Below, one piece after another: positions 1 through 10,105 of a stretch of 32,000 bases of DNA (position 1 is the stretch's first letter; each line of letters opens with the position of its first letter). The stretch spans positions 38,748 to 70,747 of the forward strand of contig JAUVVC010000007.1 of assembly GCA_030604855.1 (NCBI GenBank). The letters run 5' to 3'. A program made the translations under genes and the position numbers. The notes beneath the pieces were generated by a model. That model was not told where the DNA came from. It ran no database searches and saw only the letters and a program-made list of their open reading frames with translations. The stretch is from Erysipelotrichaceae bacterium (GTDB taxonomy: Bacteria > Bacillota_I > Bacilli_A > Erysipelotrichales > Erysipelotrichaceae).

Positions 1-487
1 TACCTTTGCCTTTATATGGCTCTGGCTTACGAACGGCACGAATGTTTGCAGCCCACTCACCGACACGTTGCTTATCAATACCTGATACAACGATCTCAGT
101 AGGTGTCTTGCATTCAATTGTTAGACCCTGTTCGATTTCAAATACAACTGGGTGCGAGTAACCAATGTTAATGGTCAACTTGCTTCCAGCAACGTTGGCA
201 CGGTAACCGATACCAACCAATTCCAATGCACGGGTGTAGCCGTTACTTACGCCTTCAATCATATTGAAGAGCAAAGCACGGGTCGTCCCATGAAGTTGTT
301 TCGTGTGCTTCTGTTCGTTAGGACGAGAAACAGTCAGAATGCCTTCATTGATTTCAATCCCTAATCCTGGATTGAATTGACGTGATAAAGTTCCTTTAGG
401 ACCTTTGACCGTCACCTCATTCCCTGGGTTGATCGTTACTTCAACACCAGCTGGAACGGTAATCGCTTTATTTCCGATACGTGACAT
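1..487 (-). CDS. rplF: 50S ribosomal protein L6 (C-terminus cut by window edge)
   Basis: Absent from the ORF track because it is truncated. Manual reverse translation from the ATG at 487 gives MSRIGNKAITVPAGVEVTINPGNEVTVKGPKGTLSRQFNPGLGIEINEGILTVSRPNEQKHTKQLHGTTRALL..., a canonical L6 N-terminus. It lies directly downstream of rpsH, as in spc operons. Confidence 0.93.
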   Translation of the reverse strand, partial: MSRIGNKAITVPAGVEVTINPGNEVTVKGPKGTLSRQFNPGLGIEINEGILTVSRPNEQKHTKQLHGTTRALLFNMIEGVSNGYTRALELVGIGYRANVAGSKLTINIGYSHPVVFEIEQGLTIECKTPTEIVVSGIDKQRVGEWAANIRAVRKPEPYKGKG

Positions 488-502
488 GGTTTATCCTTTC
501 TT

Positions 503-901
503 CTACCAAACGTAGGCGACAACTTCGCCACCCACACGTTGTGCGCGCGCTTGTTTGTCGGTAATCAATCCGTGAGAAGTTGAAAGAATTGCTACACCTA
601 AGCCATTAAGGACTCTAGGGATACGCTCAACATCAACATAGACACGTAAGCCTGGTTTTGAAATACGTTTCAAACCAGATAATACTTTTTCTTTGTTAGG
701 ACCGTACTTCAAAGAAATGGTAATGACCTTTTGTAGATCACCCGATACGATGTATCCGTTAATGAAACCTTCTTCTTTTAAAATACGAGCAATTTCTACT
801 TTTTCCTTGCTGGATGGAACTTCCACCGCATCGTGACGCGCTTGTACGGCGTTACGAATTCTAGTAAGCATATCCGCAATTGGATCTGTCATATTCATCA
901 T
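503..901 (-). CDS. rpsH: 30S ribosomal protein S8
   Basis: 132-aa ORF with the S8 hallmark N-terminus (M)[23 protein letters not shown] lies 6 nt upstream of the first ATG. spc-operon synteny. Confidence 0.97.
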   Translation of the reverse strand: MMNMTDPIADMLTRIRNAVQARHDAVEVPSSKEKVEIARILKEEGFINGYIVSGDLQKVITISLKYGPNKEKVLSGLKRISKPGLRVYVDVERIPRVLNGLGVAILSTSHGLITDKQARAQRVGGEVVAYVW

Positions 902-916
902 GGGTGTTCTCCTTTC

Positions 917-1102
917 TTACCAGCTTGCCTTTTTGACTCCAGGAATTTGGCCTAAGTAAGCCAACTCTCTGAAACAAATACGGCAGAGTTTGTATTTAGA
1001 CAATACGGAATGTGGACGTCCACAACGTTCGCAACGAGTATATTCACGCACTTTGAACTTTTGAGGACGATTTGCTTTAACGATTAATGATGTTTTTGCC
1101 AT
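917..1102 (-). CDS. rpsN: 30S ribosomal protein S14, short zinc-ribbon (type Z) form
   Basis: 61 aa with CERCGRP...CRICFRE (two CxxC pairs) and a C-terminal KASW, typical of the 61-aa Zn-binding S14. Located between rplE and rpsH. Confidence 0.96.
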   Translation of the reverse strand: MAKTSLIVKANRPQKFKVREYTRCERCGRPHSVLSKYKLCRICFRELAYLGQIPGVKKASW

Positions 1103-1114
1103 GATTCTGTCCTC

Positions 1115-1657
1115 CTATTTCTTTTCAAATGGCATGCCCAAGCCCTTAAGCAAGGCACGTCCTTCCGCATTGGTTAATGCAGATGTGACAATGACGATAT
1201 CCATACCGCGAACACGGTTGACTTTATCAAAGTTGATTTCTGGGAAAATCAGTTGTTCCTTTACACCCAAAGTGTAGTTCCCACGACCATCAAAGGCATT
1301 GCCATTGACACCGCGGAAGTCACGTACACGTGGAAGTGCGACATTCATCAACTTATCCAAGAATTCATACATTTTGTTACCACGTAGGGTAACCTTACAG
1401 CCGATCTCCATGCCTTCACGTAATTTGAAGTTCGCAATGGAAGTCTTAGCCTTTGTAATCACTGGCTTTTGACCTGCCAATTGAGTCAATTCCGCAACCG
1501 CTTCATCCAATGCTTTGGAGTTAGCGATCGCATCACCGATACCCATATTGATGACTACTTTCAAAACCTTAGGAGCCTGCATGACTGAGGAATATTCGAA
1601 TTCCTTCATCAAAGCAGGAACCACTACTTGTGCATACTTTTCTTGTAAACGATTCAT
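1115..1657 (-). CDS. rplE: 50S ribosomal protein L5
   Basis: 180 aa starting MNRLQEKY...[18 protein letters not shown]5 family sequence and synteny. Confidence 0.97.
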   Translation of the reverse strand: MNRLQEKYAQVVVPALMKEFEYSSVMQAPKVLKVVINMGIGDAIANSKALDEAVAELTQLAGQKPVITKAKTSIANFKLREGMEIGCKVTLRGNKMYEFLDKLMNVALPRVRDFRGVNGNAFDGRGNYTLGVKEQLIFPEINFDKVNRVRGMDIVIVTSALTNAEGRALLKGLGMPFEKK

Positions 1658-1666
1658 GGTGCCCTC

Positions 1667-1978
1667 CTATTCTTTCGCCGCGCTCTTTTTAGCACGGGGT
1701 TTCTTTTCTTCTGCTTTTTTTGCAGGAGCCTTTTTGGTCTTCTTCGCCTTAGCAGCTTTCTCTTCGTAGAGCTGAACGTTTGAAACATGAACCTTAGATT
1801 CTTTTTCAATCATTCCGCCTTCAGGATTCGCTTGGTTCGGTTTCAAAGCTTTCTTAACAAGCTTGACGCCTTCAACGATCACCTTATCTTCTTTAGGGAA
1901 TGCTTTCAGAACTTCACCAATGGTTCCTTTGTCATCGCCAGTAATGACTTTGACTTTATCGCCTTTTTTAATTTTCAT
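1667..1978 (-). CDS. rplX: 50S ribosomal protein L24 with a Lys/Ala-rich C-terminal tail
   Basis: [18 protein letters not shown]...[23 protein letters not shown] is the L24 KOW core. The C-terminus is [30 protein letters not shown]. Confidence 0.96.
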   Translation of the reverse strand: MKIKKGDKVKVITGDDKGTIGEVLKAFPKEDKVIVEGVKLVKKALKPNQANPEGGMIEKESKVHVSNVQLYEEKAAKAKKTKKAPAKKAEEKKPRAKKSAAKE

Positions 1979-1990
1979 CGAGCTTTCCTC

Positions 1991-2359
1991 CTATAACACT
2001 TCAGGTGCCAACGATACGATCTTCATGAAGTTTTTATCACGAAGCTCACGAGCAACTGGTCCGAAAATACGGGTACCCTTAGGTGTCTGATCTTCCTTGA
2101 TGATGACAACTGCGTTATCATCGAATTTGATGTAAGATCCATTTGCGCGACGTACGCCATAAACGGTACGAACAACAACCGCCTTAACGACATCACCCTT
2201 CTTAACGGATCCACCGGGTGTAGCTTCCTTGACGGTGCATACAACCACATCCCCTATACTGGATGTTCTGCGACGAGAACCACCCAAGCAACGGATAACC
2301 AAAACTTCCTTAGCGCCAGTGTTATCGGCTACTTTACATCTTGTTTCATTTTGAATCAT
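1991..2359 (-). CDS. rplN: 50S ribosomal protein L14
   Basis: 122 aa, [19 protein letters not shown]...LAPEVL. Near-universal L14 sequence. Confidence 0.98.
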   Translation of the reverse strand: MIQNETRCKVADNTGAKEVLVIRCLGGSRRRTSSIGDVVVCTVKEATPGGSVKKGDVVKAVVVRTVYGVRRANGSYIKFDDNAVVIIKEDQTPKGTRIFGPVARELRDKNFMKIVSLAPEVL

Positions 2360-2368
2360 GATTGCCTC

Positions 2369-2629
2369 CTATAACACAACGGCTTTTTGGACAACCTTGA
2401 TCAAACGGAAGTTCTTGGTAGCGGAGAGTTTACGGGTTTCCATAATCTCAACGATATCACCAATTCCAGCTTGATTAAGTTCATCATGAGCCTTATATTT
2501 TTTAGAATACTTTACACGCTTGTTGTACAAAGGGTGAGTTTTGGAAGTGCTGACTTCTACGACAATGGTTTTATCCATTTTATCGGAAACGACTGTTCCA
2601 CGATATACTTTGCGACTTGTTCTTTCCAT
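2369..2629 (-). CDS. rpsQ: 30S ribosomal protein S17
   Basis: 86 aa, [19 protein letters not shown]...[19 protein letters not shown]17 family sequence and synteny. Confidence 0.97.
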   Translation of the reverse strand: MERTSRKVYRGTVVSDKMDKTIVVEVSTSKTHPLYNKRVKYSKKYKAHDELNQAGIGDIVEIMETRKLSATKNFRLIKVVQKAVVL

Positions 2630-2641
2630 CGTTCTGCCCTC

Positions 2642-2839
2642 CTATTTCTTCTCACTGAGTTCACGCTCAGTGATCACGGTTTTGATTCTTGCGATGGTCT
2701 TACGAATTTCCTTCATACGACCAAAGTTTGTGAGTTGACCAGTTGCCTTTTGGAAGCGCAAGGTGAACAACTCTTCTTTTAAAGAATCGATATCTTTAAG
2801 CAACTCGACATTGCTTTTTTCGCGAATATCATTTCTCAT
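2642..2839 (-). CDS. rpmC: 50S ribosomal protein L29
   Basis: 65 aa, [27 protein letters not shown]29 family. Its start overlaps the rplP stop by 1 nt. Confidence 0.96.
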   Translation of the reverse strand: MRNDIREKSNVELLKDIDSLKEELFTLRFQKATGQLTNFGRMKEIRKTIARIKTVITERELSEKK

Positions 2840-3258
2840 TATGCATTCTCCTCGCCCTTCTTAACAAAACGGGTCTTCACAGAAAGCTTATGTGCTCCCA
2901 AACGCAACGCTTCGCGTGCGATTTCTTCACTAACGCCTCCAACTTCAAATAAGATACGTCCTGGTTGTACGACGGCAACCCAACCTTCAGGTGCCCCCTT
3001 ACCACTACCCATACGGACTTCAAGTGGTTTTTTTGTAATAGCTAAGTGCGGGAATATCTTGATCCAGACTTGTCCGCCACGCTTCATGTAACGCGTGATC
3101 GCAATACGAGCAGATTCGATTTGACGATTGCTCACATAGGCACCAGACTCAGCTACCAAACCATATTCACCAAACACGACTTCACGACCCGCTTTTGCGC
3201 GGCCTTCGTGAGAGACACGGTGCGGTCTTCTAAATTTTGTACGATTTGGCATCAACAT
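2839..3258 (-). CDS. rplP: 50S ribosomal protein L16
   Basis: The track ORF 2839..3450 is over-extended into rpsC. The canonical L16 N-terminus [14 protein letters not shown] starts at the ATG at 3258, 1 nt after the rpsC stop, giving 139 aa. Confidence 0.95.
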   Translation of the reverse strand: MLMPNRTKFRRPHRVSHEGRAKAGREVVFGEYGLVAESGAYVSNRQIESARIAITRYMKRGGQVWIKIFPHLAITKKPLEVRMGSGKGAPEGWVAVVQPGRILFEVGGVSEEIAREALRLGAHKLSVKTRFVKKGEENA

Positions 3259-3259
3259 A

Positions 3260-4039
3260 TTATTCGGCACCTCCCTCTTTAGCGACTTCCGTAGCCGTCT
3301 TCGCTTCTTGAGCTTGAGGACGACGAGAATCATTGCGACGTTTGTCATCACGACGTGGACGACGATCGCGTTGTTGTTCCTTTGGAGCTTCAGGTTCTTG
3401 AACCATTTGACCCGGCAAGACTTCACCGCGACAGATCCAAACCTTGACACCTAAACGACCATAGGTCGTAGCGGCTTCCGCATGTGCGTAATCGATATCG
3501 GAACGCAAGGTATGCAAAGGTACGACACCTTCGGAATAGCCTTCGCTACGCGCGATATCATTTCCGCCCAAACGACCGGAAACTAAGGTTTTGACACCTT
3601 TCGCACCAGAACGCATGCATTGTTGAATGGCACGTTTCTGAGCAGTTCTGAAGGATGCACGTTGTTCAAGTTGATCAGCGATCAAACGAGCAACCAAGGT
3701 CGCATCCAAGTTAGGATTCGCAACAGCCAATACAGTGATCTTAACTGTCTTATCACCGATCAACTTTGTCAATTCTTTCTTTAAGTTTTCGATTTCCTTG
3801 CCATCTTGACCGATGATCTCACCGGCTTTACCAGCACGGATGATGATTTCGACGCGATGTTTCGAACGTTCGATTTCAATACGAGAGACCGAAGCCTTCT
3901 TCAAACGTTTGAAGAGGAACTCACGAATCTTGATATCTTCTTGAAGCAATGCTCCATATTCTTTTTCTGCGTACCAACGGGATTCCCAATCGCGGATAAT
4001 CCCAACGCGTAATCCTATTGGACTTACTTTTTGACCCAT
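3260..4039 (-). CDS. rpsC: 30S ribosomal protein S3 with an extended charged C-terminal tail
   Basis: [24 protein letters not shown]... is the S3 KH/S3-C core. At 259 aa it includes a 49-aa Arg/Asp/Gln-rich tail after ...[11 protein letters not shown]. Confidence 0.97.
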   Translation of the reverse strand: MGQKVSPIGLRVGIIRDWESRWYAEKEYGALLQEDIKIREFLFKRLKKASVSRIEIERSKHRVEIIIRAGKAGEIIGQDGKEIENLKKELTKLIGDKTVKITVLAVANPNLDATLVARLIADQLEQRASFRTAQKRAIQQCMRSGAKGVKTLVSGRLGGNDIARSEGYSEGVVPLHTLRSDIDYAHAEAATTYGRLGVKVWICRGEVLPGQMVQEPEAPKEQQRDRRPRRDDKRRNDSRRPQAQEAKTATEVAKEGGAE

Positions 4040-4050
4040 GATCGTTCCTC

Positions 4051-4386
4051 CTAGTTTCTCTCAGCCACGACGACTGTAATATGACTTGTACGCTTTAAGA
4101 TTTGTGTTGCTGAACCTTTTGCACGAGGCATAAAGCGCTTCAATACAACACCTTCATCCGCATAACACGCTTTCACGTATAATTTTTCTTCAGCCAATTG
4201 GTGATTGTTTACGGCATTCGCCACAGCTGAATGTAAAACCTTACCGGTCGCATTCGATGCACTGGTTGGTGTGAACTTCAAGATCGCCGCAGCTTCCTTG
4301 ACATTCTTTCCACGAATCAGGTCGAGAACGAGACGAGCTTTACGCGGTGGGACACGAAGTGTCTTTGCAGTAGCTTTAACATCCAT
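4051..4386 (-). CDS. rplV: 50S ribosomal protein L22
   Basis: 111 aa, [29 protein letters not shown]22 family. The ATG overlaps the rpsS stop (TAATG). Confidence 0.97.
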   Translation of the reverse strand: MDVKATAKTLRVPPRKARLVLDLIRGKNVKEAAAILKFTPTSASNATGKVLHSAVANAVNNHQLAEEKLYVKACYADEGVVLKRFMPRAKGSATQILKRTSHITVVVAERN

Positions 4387-4667
4387 TATTTCTTACCTGC
4401 CTTCTTATCATCAGCTCCATGTCCACCATATTTACGTGTTGGGACAAACTCACCGAGCTTGTGTCCAACCATATCTTCAGTGACATAGACTGGAACGTGT
4501 TCCTTACCGTTATAAACAGCAAATGTGTGTTCGACAAATTCTGGGAAAATGGTAGAACGACGAGACCAGGTTTTAATGACTTCTTTTTTACTTGCCGCAT
4601 TCAGTTTTTCCACTTTCTTCATCAAGTGGTCATCAACGAATGGACCCTTTTTCAAACTACGACTCAT
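4386..4667 (-). CDS. rpsS: 30S ribosomal protein S19
   Basis: 93 aa, [23 protein letters not shown]...[22 protein letters not shown]. Canonical S19. Confidence 0.98.
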   Translation of the reverse strand: MSRSLKKGPFVDDHLMKKVEKLNAASKKEVIKTWSRRSTIFPEFVEHTFAVYNGKEHVPVYVTEDMVGHKLGEFVPTRKYGGHGADDKKAGKK

Positions 4668-4681
4668 GTGTATCTCCTTTC

Positions 4682-5515
4682 CTACTTGTCATTTCTACGT
4701 CTTACGATCAATTTAGTAGACGCTTGTTTTTTCTTACGAGTTTTAACACCCATTGCTTTTTTACCCCAAGGTGTCATTGGAGCAGTACGACCGATTGGCG
4801 TACGACCTTCACCACCACCATGTGGGTGATCCACTGGGTTCATGACCGAACCACGGACGGTTGGGCGAATCCCCATCCAACGTGTACGACCAGCTTTACC
4901 TACGTTGACCAAGCTGTGATCTTCGTTACCGACGGTCCCAACTGTAGCGCGGCAATTGCTCGCGATTTTACGAACTTCACCACTCGCTAAACGAATGATG
5001 GAGTATTTGCCTTCTTGACCCAAGATCTGAGCACTGACACCTGCTGAACGAGCCAATTGTCCACCCTTACCCGGTTTCAATTCAACATTATGAATGAATG
5101 TACCATCAGGCATGTTGCCCAATTCCATCGCATTCCCGACTTTGACGTCGGTTGTGGTTCCACTGACAACTTCCATCCCAACGGTCAAACCCTTAGGAGC
5201 CAAGATGTAGCGTTTTTCACCATCTTTATAGTGAAGCAATGCAATATTTGCGGAACGATTTGGATCGTACTCGATCGTTGCGACTTTCGCTACGATTTCA
5301 TCCTTGTTCCGTTTGAAGTCGATGATACGGTAGAGTCTTTTGTGACCGCCACCTTGATGACGTGTTGTGATACGACCGTTGTTATTACGGCCACCCTCTT
5401 TACCAAGAGATTGAAGCAATGAACGTTCTGGTTTGTTGGTTGTGATTTCATCAAAAACCAAACTGGTCATGCCACGGCGACCTGGCGTGGTCGGCTTATA
5501 CTTTTTAATCGCCAT
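4682..5515 (-). CDS. rplB: 50S ribosomal protein L2
   Basis: 277 aa, [16 protein letters not shown]...[14 protein letters not shown]. Canonical L2. Confidence 0.98.
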   Translation of the reverse strand: MAIKKYKPTTPGRRGMTSLVFDEITTNKPERSLLQSLGKEGGRNNNGRITTRHQGGGHKRLYRIIDFKRNKDEIVAKVATIEYDPNRSANIALLHYKDGEKRYILAPKGLTVGMEVVSGTTTDVKVGNAMELGNMPDGTFIHNVELKPGKGGQLARSAGVSAQILGQEGKYSIIRLASGEVRKIASNCRATVGTVGNEDHSLVNVGKAGRTRWMGIRPTVRGSVMNPVDHPHGGGEGRTPIGRTAPMTPWGKKAMGVKTRKKKQASTKLIVRRRNDK

Positions 5516-5577
5516 GTGTTTCCTCCTTACGCAGTGTTATCCGGAAATAGCGTAATTTCTTCCGTTATGTGATCAGC

Positions 5578-5859
5578 TTAGATCAAGTTGATCTTGTGGC
5601 CAGCCGCAAGCTTAACAACCGCTTTACGGACAGCACTTGTTGTCCCAACATATTTTCCAACACGTTTCGATCTAGGACGTTGGTTGAGAATGTTGACCTT
5701 TTCAACTTTGACATTGAAGATTTCTTCAACGGCAATCTTGACTTGGGTTTTATTAGAACCACGAGCCACTTCGAAGGTCACCTTATTGTCAACTTCTTGC
5801 AAATGCATCGACTTCTCTGTGATGATCGGACGAATGATGATATCTCTTGCGTTAGACAT
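5578..5859 (-). CDS. rplW: 50S ribosomal protein L23
   Basis: 93 aa, [12 protein letters not shown]...KVTFEV....[15 protein letters not shown]23 family and synteny. Confidence 0.96.
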   Translation of the reverse strand: MSNARDIIIRPIITEKSMHLQEVDNKVTFEVARGSNKTQVKIAVEEIFNVKVEKVNILNQRPRSKRVGKYVGTTSAVRKAVVKLAAGHKINLI

Positions 5860-6488
5860 TAGGCTAATACCTCCCCAGCGGTTTTAACAGCGGCTTCCGT
5901 GAAGACGATGTTTGAAACACGCATCATATCAAACATATTGAGGCCTTCAACCGTTGTGAAGAATACATTTGGTAGGTTACGCATCGCTAAGTATGCAGTT
6001 TCCCATTCTTCTTCACCGTTGAAAACGTACAATGTTTTCTTAGTGCAATTCAATGCATTTTGGATCTTAACGAATTCTTTCGTCTTCGGTGTATCCATTT
6101 TGATTCCATCGATAACGACAACCGCATTTTCCAATAGTCTTTCAGACAAGACCGAACGAACAGCCAAACGTCTTACTTTACGGTTGATGCGGTATGCATA
6201 GGAACGTGGAGTAGGACCGAATGCGATACCACCACCTCTCCATTGTGGAGAACGGATGGATCCTTGACGCGCACGTCCAGTTCCTTTTTGACGCCAAGGT
6301 TTACGACCGCCGCCACGGACTTCCGCGCGGGTCTTCACACTGTGCGTACCTTGACGCATCGAAGCTCTTTGCATCAAGACGGTATCGAAGATGGCTTGTT
6401 GGTTGGGTTCGATCCCAAAGACCGCTTCAGCCAATTCGATTTCATGAAGGGCCTTGCCTTCTTGATTTAATACAGTAATTTTTGGCAT
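5859..6488 (-). CDS. rplD: 50S ribosomal protein L4
   Basis: 209 aa, ...[34 protein letters not shown]. Canonical L4 loop. Confidence 0.97.
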   Translation of the reverse strand: MPKITVLNQEGKALHEIELAEAVFGIEPNQQAIFDTVLMQRASMRQGTHSVKTRAEVRGGGRKPWRQKGTGRARQGSIRSPQWRGGGIAFGPTPRSYAYRINRKVRRLAVRSVLSERLLENAVVVIDGIKMDTPKTKEFVKIQNALNCTKKTLYVFNGEEEWETAYLAMRNLPNVFFTTVEGLNMFDMMRVSNIVFTEAAVKTAGEVLA

Positions 6489-6491
6489 GGC

Positions 6492-7199
6492 TTAGTCCTC
6501 CTTTGTTGTCTCAACAACTTCTTCTACTTTTGCCGTACGAACCAAGATTTCCTTAGCAGGAACGGATTTAACACGTTTCACTGTGGTCTTGACAACGACG
6601 TATCCACGTTTAGGTCCAGGTACATTACCTTTGACCAACATGACATTCTTGTCTGTATCGACCATGATGACTTCTAAATTTTGATTCGTTGTGGACAAGT
6701 GACCTTCATGACCAGCCATGATACGTCCCTTGTTGATGATCCCATTGTTACGACCGATGGTCGCTAATGAACCAGGTCCACGGTGGTGACCAGAACCGTG
6801 TGAATTCGGGCCAGTGCTTTGGTTGTTACGGTAAACCGCACCCATGAAGCCTTTACCCTTTGATGTGCCGGAAACATCGACGATTTCTCCAGCTGCGAAC
6901 AAATCGGCTTTGATAACGGCACCTACTTCATATTGACTCAGTTCTTCCGAACGGATTTCCTTGATGAATTTTTTAGGGCTTGTGTTAGCTTTAGCGACAT
7001 GTCCGACTAGTGGTTTGTTGGCACGTTGAGGTTTGACATCTTCATAACCCAACTGTGTTGCAACATAACCATCTGATTCTTTGGTTTTTTGTTGAAGAAC
7101 GACATTCGGCAATACTTCGAGTACAGTTACTGGAATCAATGTTCCGTCTGTAGTGAAGACTTGCGTCATACCGAGCTTTCTTCCTAATAGTCCTTTCAT
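6492..7199 (-). CDS. rplC: 50S ribosomal protein L3
   Basis: 235 aa, MKGLLGRKLGMTQVFT.DG..IPVTV... L3 family, with a ~20-aa acidic C-terminal extension (EEVVETTKED). Confidence 0.97.
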   Translation of the reverse strand: MKGLLGRKLGMTQVFTTDGTLIPVTVLEVLPNVVLQQKTKESDGYVATQLGYEDVKPQRANKPLVGHVAKANTSPKKFIKEIRSEELSQYEVGAVIKADLFAAGEIVDVSGTSKGKGFMGAVYRNNQSTGPNSHGSGHHRGPGSLATIGRNNGIINKGRIMAGHEGHLSTTNQNLEVIMVDTDKNVMLVKGNVPGPKRGYVVVKTTVKRVKSVPAKEILVRTAKVEEVVETTKED

Positions 7200-7215
7200 G
7201 ATTTTGTGCTCCTAA

Positions 7216-7527
7216 CTATAGTTTGATTTCGATATCGACGCCACTAGGCAATTCCAAACGACTCAATGCATCGATGGTAGCCGCGGACGGGCCAACGATT
7301 TCGATTAAACGCTTGTGTGTACGAATCTCGAATTGTTCACGCGAATCTTTGTATTTGTGAACCGCGCGCAATACTGTGATTACCTGTTTTTCGGTAGGTA
7401 GTGGAACCGGTCCGATGACTTTCTTTGAACCAAAGTCATTTGCCGCATCGACAATCTTCTTTGTCGCCGCATCCAATGATCTTGACTCATAAGCCTTTAG
7501 ACGAATACGAATGCTATTCTTTGCCAT
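7216..7527 (-). CDS. rpsJ: 30S ribosomal protein S10
   Basis: 103 aa, IRIRLKAY....LD.....IV..A......GP.PLPT. S10 family. First gene of the S10 operon. Confidence 0.97.
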   Translation of the reverse strand: MAKNSIRIRLKAYESRSLDAATKKIVDAANDFGSKKVIGPVPLPTEKQVITVLRAVHKYKDSREQFEIRTHKRLIEIVGPSAATIDALSRLELPSGVDIEIKL

Positions 7528-7657
7528 GAAATCCTCCTATTTCTTACGCCTCTGGATTAATACCAATCGCTCAGTACGAATTCTCTGCCTTCTCACTGAT
7601 CATGACAACGCTTATCAGTGTGTCAGTAACCTCGTACGTCTTTGCGTGCGCTTCAAT

Positions 7658-7686
7658 ATTATACTGCTCTGTCAAATAAAAAGCAA
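7658..7686 (-). promoter_or_regulatory. Candidate sigma-A promoter of the S10 operon: TTGCTT-17-TATAAT
   Basis: On the minus strand, TTGCTT lies at 7686..7681, followed by a 17-nt spacer and TATAAT at 7663..7658. This leaves a ~125-nt leader before rpsJ. The -35 overlaps the citrate-synthase terminator stem. Confidence 0.5.
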
Positions 7687-7704
7687 GTACTTTTTGTACT
7701 CGCT
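7675..7704 (-). terminator. Rho-independent terminator after citrate synthase
   Basis: Minus strand reads AGCGAGTAC-AAAAA-GTACTTGCT (9-bp stem with one G.U pair), followed by TTTTTATTT. It begins 10 nt after the stop codon at 7714. Confidence 0.7.
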
Positions 7705-7713
7705 TTACTTGAT

Positions 7714-9072
7714 CTATTTTCTATCTTCGAGTGGACAATACGTTTGCAAGTCCCCTAAGGTGATGTACGCCGGGCGCATGATTTTATCATCAAGGATTTG
7801 CTCCAAGCGATGTGCCGACCAACCCGCGATGCGACTGATCGCAAAGACCGGTGTATAGAGGTCCTCGGGGATATTGAGCATATCCATGACGAAGCCTGCA
7901 TAGAAATCCACATTGGCCGCCATCGCATTGTCGTTCTTAACCTTCTCGTTCAAGATCTCACAACCGATACGTTCAATGTCCGCATAGAGATTGTACTCTT
8001 TAATGCGTCCTTTGTGAAGTGCCAATTGCTCTGCTTTTTGCTTAATGATCAATGTTCGAGGATCGGATAAGGTATATACCGCATGCCCTAAACCATAGAG
8101 CAAGCCTTTTTGATCAAACGCTTCCTTATTCAGGATCTTGCGAAGATACATGCGCAAATTTTCTTCAGAATAATTCAAGCTTACATTGGCTCTGATGTTT
8201 GCGAACATTTCCGACACCATCTTATTCGCACCCCCGTGTTTAGGTCCTTTTAAGGAACCTAAGGCCGTCGCGATCGCTGAATAAGTATCTGTACCCGTAG
8301 ACGAAACCACATGGGTCGCAAAACTCGAGTTGTTTCCACCCCCATGTTCCGCCTGCAAGACCAATAACAGATCCAAGGTTTCGACCTCTTCACGGGTATA
8401 CTTGCCATCTGGGCGTATCAAGTGTAGAAAATTCTCAGCGGTTCCCACTCCTTTGATGGGACGATGGATCACCAAACTTTCATGGTTGAAGGTGTGGCGT
8501 TTGACTTGGTAACTGTAGGCAGCCAGAAGAGGCAACTTCGCAATCAAATCAATCGACTGACGCAAGACATTGTTCACGCTCACATCATCTGGATTATCAT
8601 CATACGAGTACAAGGTCAAGATCGCGCGTTGAAGTTTATTCATGATATTCGGTGCAGGAATCTTGATGATCACATCTTCTTTATAGTGTCTGGGTAAGTC
8701 ACGTCGGACTTCGAGCGCATGATTGAATTCATCCAACTCCTGTGCATTGGGACACTTCCCAAACAAGAGTAGATATACGGTTTCTTCGAACCCCAAACGA
8801 TGTTCCTTCTGAAAGCCGTTCACCAAATCGAACAGGTCATAACCACGATAATACAATCGTCCTTCCGTCGGGATTTTTACTTCGTTTTCTTTACGATAGC
8901 CGATTACAGAACCGACACGTGTGATCCCGACCAAAACACCGGTTCCATTCTCATTGCGTAAACCTCGCTTGATGTTGTGTTGAGGATAGAGTTTCGGTTC
9001 AATGGTGTTTCGTTCTTCGATGATCTTTGACCATGTCTCAATGTGTTGTTCAAAATCATTCTGTTTTGGCAT
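7714..9072 (-). CDS. gltA: Citrate synthase (divergent AEHGGGNNS clade)
   Basis: 452 aa with citrate-synthase motifs GLGHAVY, NVDFYAGF and FAISRIAGWSAH, and a His-containing QAEHGGGNNSSF segment. GAGG lies 8 nt before the ATG. The start overlaps the icd 3' end by 17 nt. Confidence 0.9.
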   Translation of the reverse strand: MPKQNDFEQHIETWSKIIEERNTIEPKLYPQHNIKRGLRNENGTGVLVGITRVGSVIGYRKENEVKIPTEGRLYYRGYDLFDLVNGFQKEHRLGFEETVYLLLFGKCPNAQELDEFNHALEVRRDLPRHYKEDVIIKIPAPNIMNKLQRAILTLYSYDDNPDDVSVNNVLRQSIDLIAKLPLLAAYSYQVKRHTFNHESLVIHRPIKGVGTAENFLHLIRPDGKYTREEVETLDLLLVLQAEHGGGNNSSFATHVVSSTGTDTYSAIATALGSLKGPKHGGANKMVSEMFANIRANVSLNYSEENLRMYLRKILNKEAFDQKGLLYGLGHAVYTLSDPRTLIIKQKAEQLALHKGRIKEYNLYADIERIGCEILNEKVKNDNAMAANVDFYAGFVMDMLNIPEDLYTPVFAISRIAGWSAHRLEQILDDKIMRPAYITLGDLQTYCPLEDRK

Positions 9073-10105
9073 CTACTTTACCTCTTGAAGCCTTTATGAT
9101 TTGAATCAGCTTCGTTGTATATTCACGTGTATTCAATGGACCTTTGATATCTTTAGTAAAATTGGCTTCATCTTGATACAATCGATCAATCGCAGCTCTC
9201 AATAAGTCTGCTTCTTTTTTAACGTTGAAATGATCCAACATCATCGCCGCACTCAATAACAAAGCGGTAGGATTCGCAATTCCCATACCAGCGATATCCG
9301 GCGCGGAACCATGGGTGGCCTCAAACAAAGCCATTTCAGTTCCCACATTCGCACCGGGAACGAAACCCAAGCCCCCCACGAGCGCGGCTCCTAAATCGGA
9401 TAAAATATCGCCATACAGATTCTCCGTCACCACCACATCAAACTGATTGGGGTTCAAAACCATCTGCATGCACATGTTATCCACAAGGATTTCTGTGAAT
9501 TCAATCGTCGGATAGTGCTTCGATACATCCCGTACCGTATCCAGAAACAAACCATCGCTCAACTTCATGATGTTCGCCTTAGTCACGACTGTCACTTTCT
9601 TACGATTGTGTTGGACGGCGTATTCAAATGCGGAAGTAGCGATGCGTCTGCTCGCTTGTCGCGTGATGACTTTGATACTGCGCGCTTCATCCGCACTGAC
9701 TTGCTCTTCCAGACCCATGTACAAATCTTCGGTATTCTCTCTAAACAGCACGATATCCACCGCTTGATAGTGACTGGGTACCTTGCCGATGGATTGAATG
9801 GGTCGCACACAAGCATACAGATCATAACGTTTGCGCAGCTCCACATTGATGCTTCTAAAACCTGTCCCAATGGGTGTGGTGATTGGCCCTTTTAAGGCAA
9901 CTTTATTCTTTTCAAAGCTATCGTAGATCGATTGTGGCACAAGTGTTCCTGTTTCCTCAAAGACCTTTAATCCCGCATTGTACTCATCCCACACAAGATC
10001 CACATCCAATGCCGCGATGACCTCCTTCATGGATGAGGTGATTTCAGGTCCGATTCCATCCCCAGGAATCAAAGTGACGCGCTTTCTATGCAATGGACTT
10101 GGCAT
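9056..10105 (-). CDS. icd: Isocitrate dehydrogenase, beta-decarboxylating dehydrogenase family (short, NAD-type-like)
   Basis: 349 aa with LIPGDGIGPE, NLYGDILSD and GSAPDIAG family motifs. The isocitrate substrate assignment rests on context between aconitase and citrate synthase. Homoisocitrate or isopropylmalate specificity cannot be excluded from sequence alone. Confidence 0.8.
   Translation of the reverse strand: MPSPLHRKRVTLIPGDGIGPEITSSMKEVIAALDVDLVWDEYNAGLKVFEETGTLVPQSIYDSFEKNKVALKGPITTPIGTGFRSINVELRKRYDLYACVRPIQSIGKVPSHYQAVDIVLFRENTEDLYMGLEEQVSADEARSIKVITRQASRRIATSAFEYAVQHNRKKVTVVTKANIMKLSDGLFLDTVRDVSKHYPTIEFTEILVDNMCMQMVLNPNQFDVVVTENLYGDILSDLGAALVGGLGFVPGANVGTEMALFEATHGSAPDIAGMGIANPTALLLSAAMMLDHFNVKKEADLLRAAIDRLYQDEANFTKDIKGPLNTREYTTKLIQIIKASRGKVDAKTE

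Noticed and set aside
3259-3450. N-terminal 64-codon extension of the L16 ORF (track ORF 2839..3450)
   Set aside because: The extension overlaps the rpsC coding region in another frame and has nonsense-like sequence. The canonical L16 N-terminus MLMPNRTKF begins at 3258.
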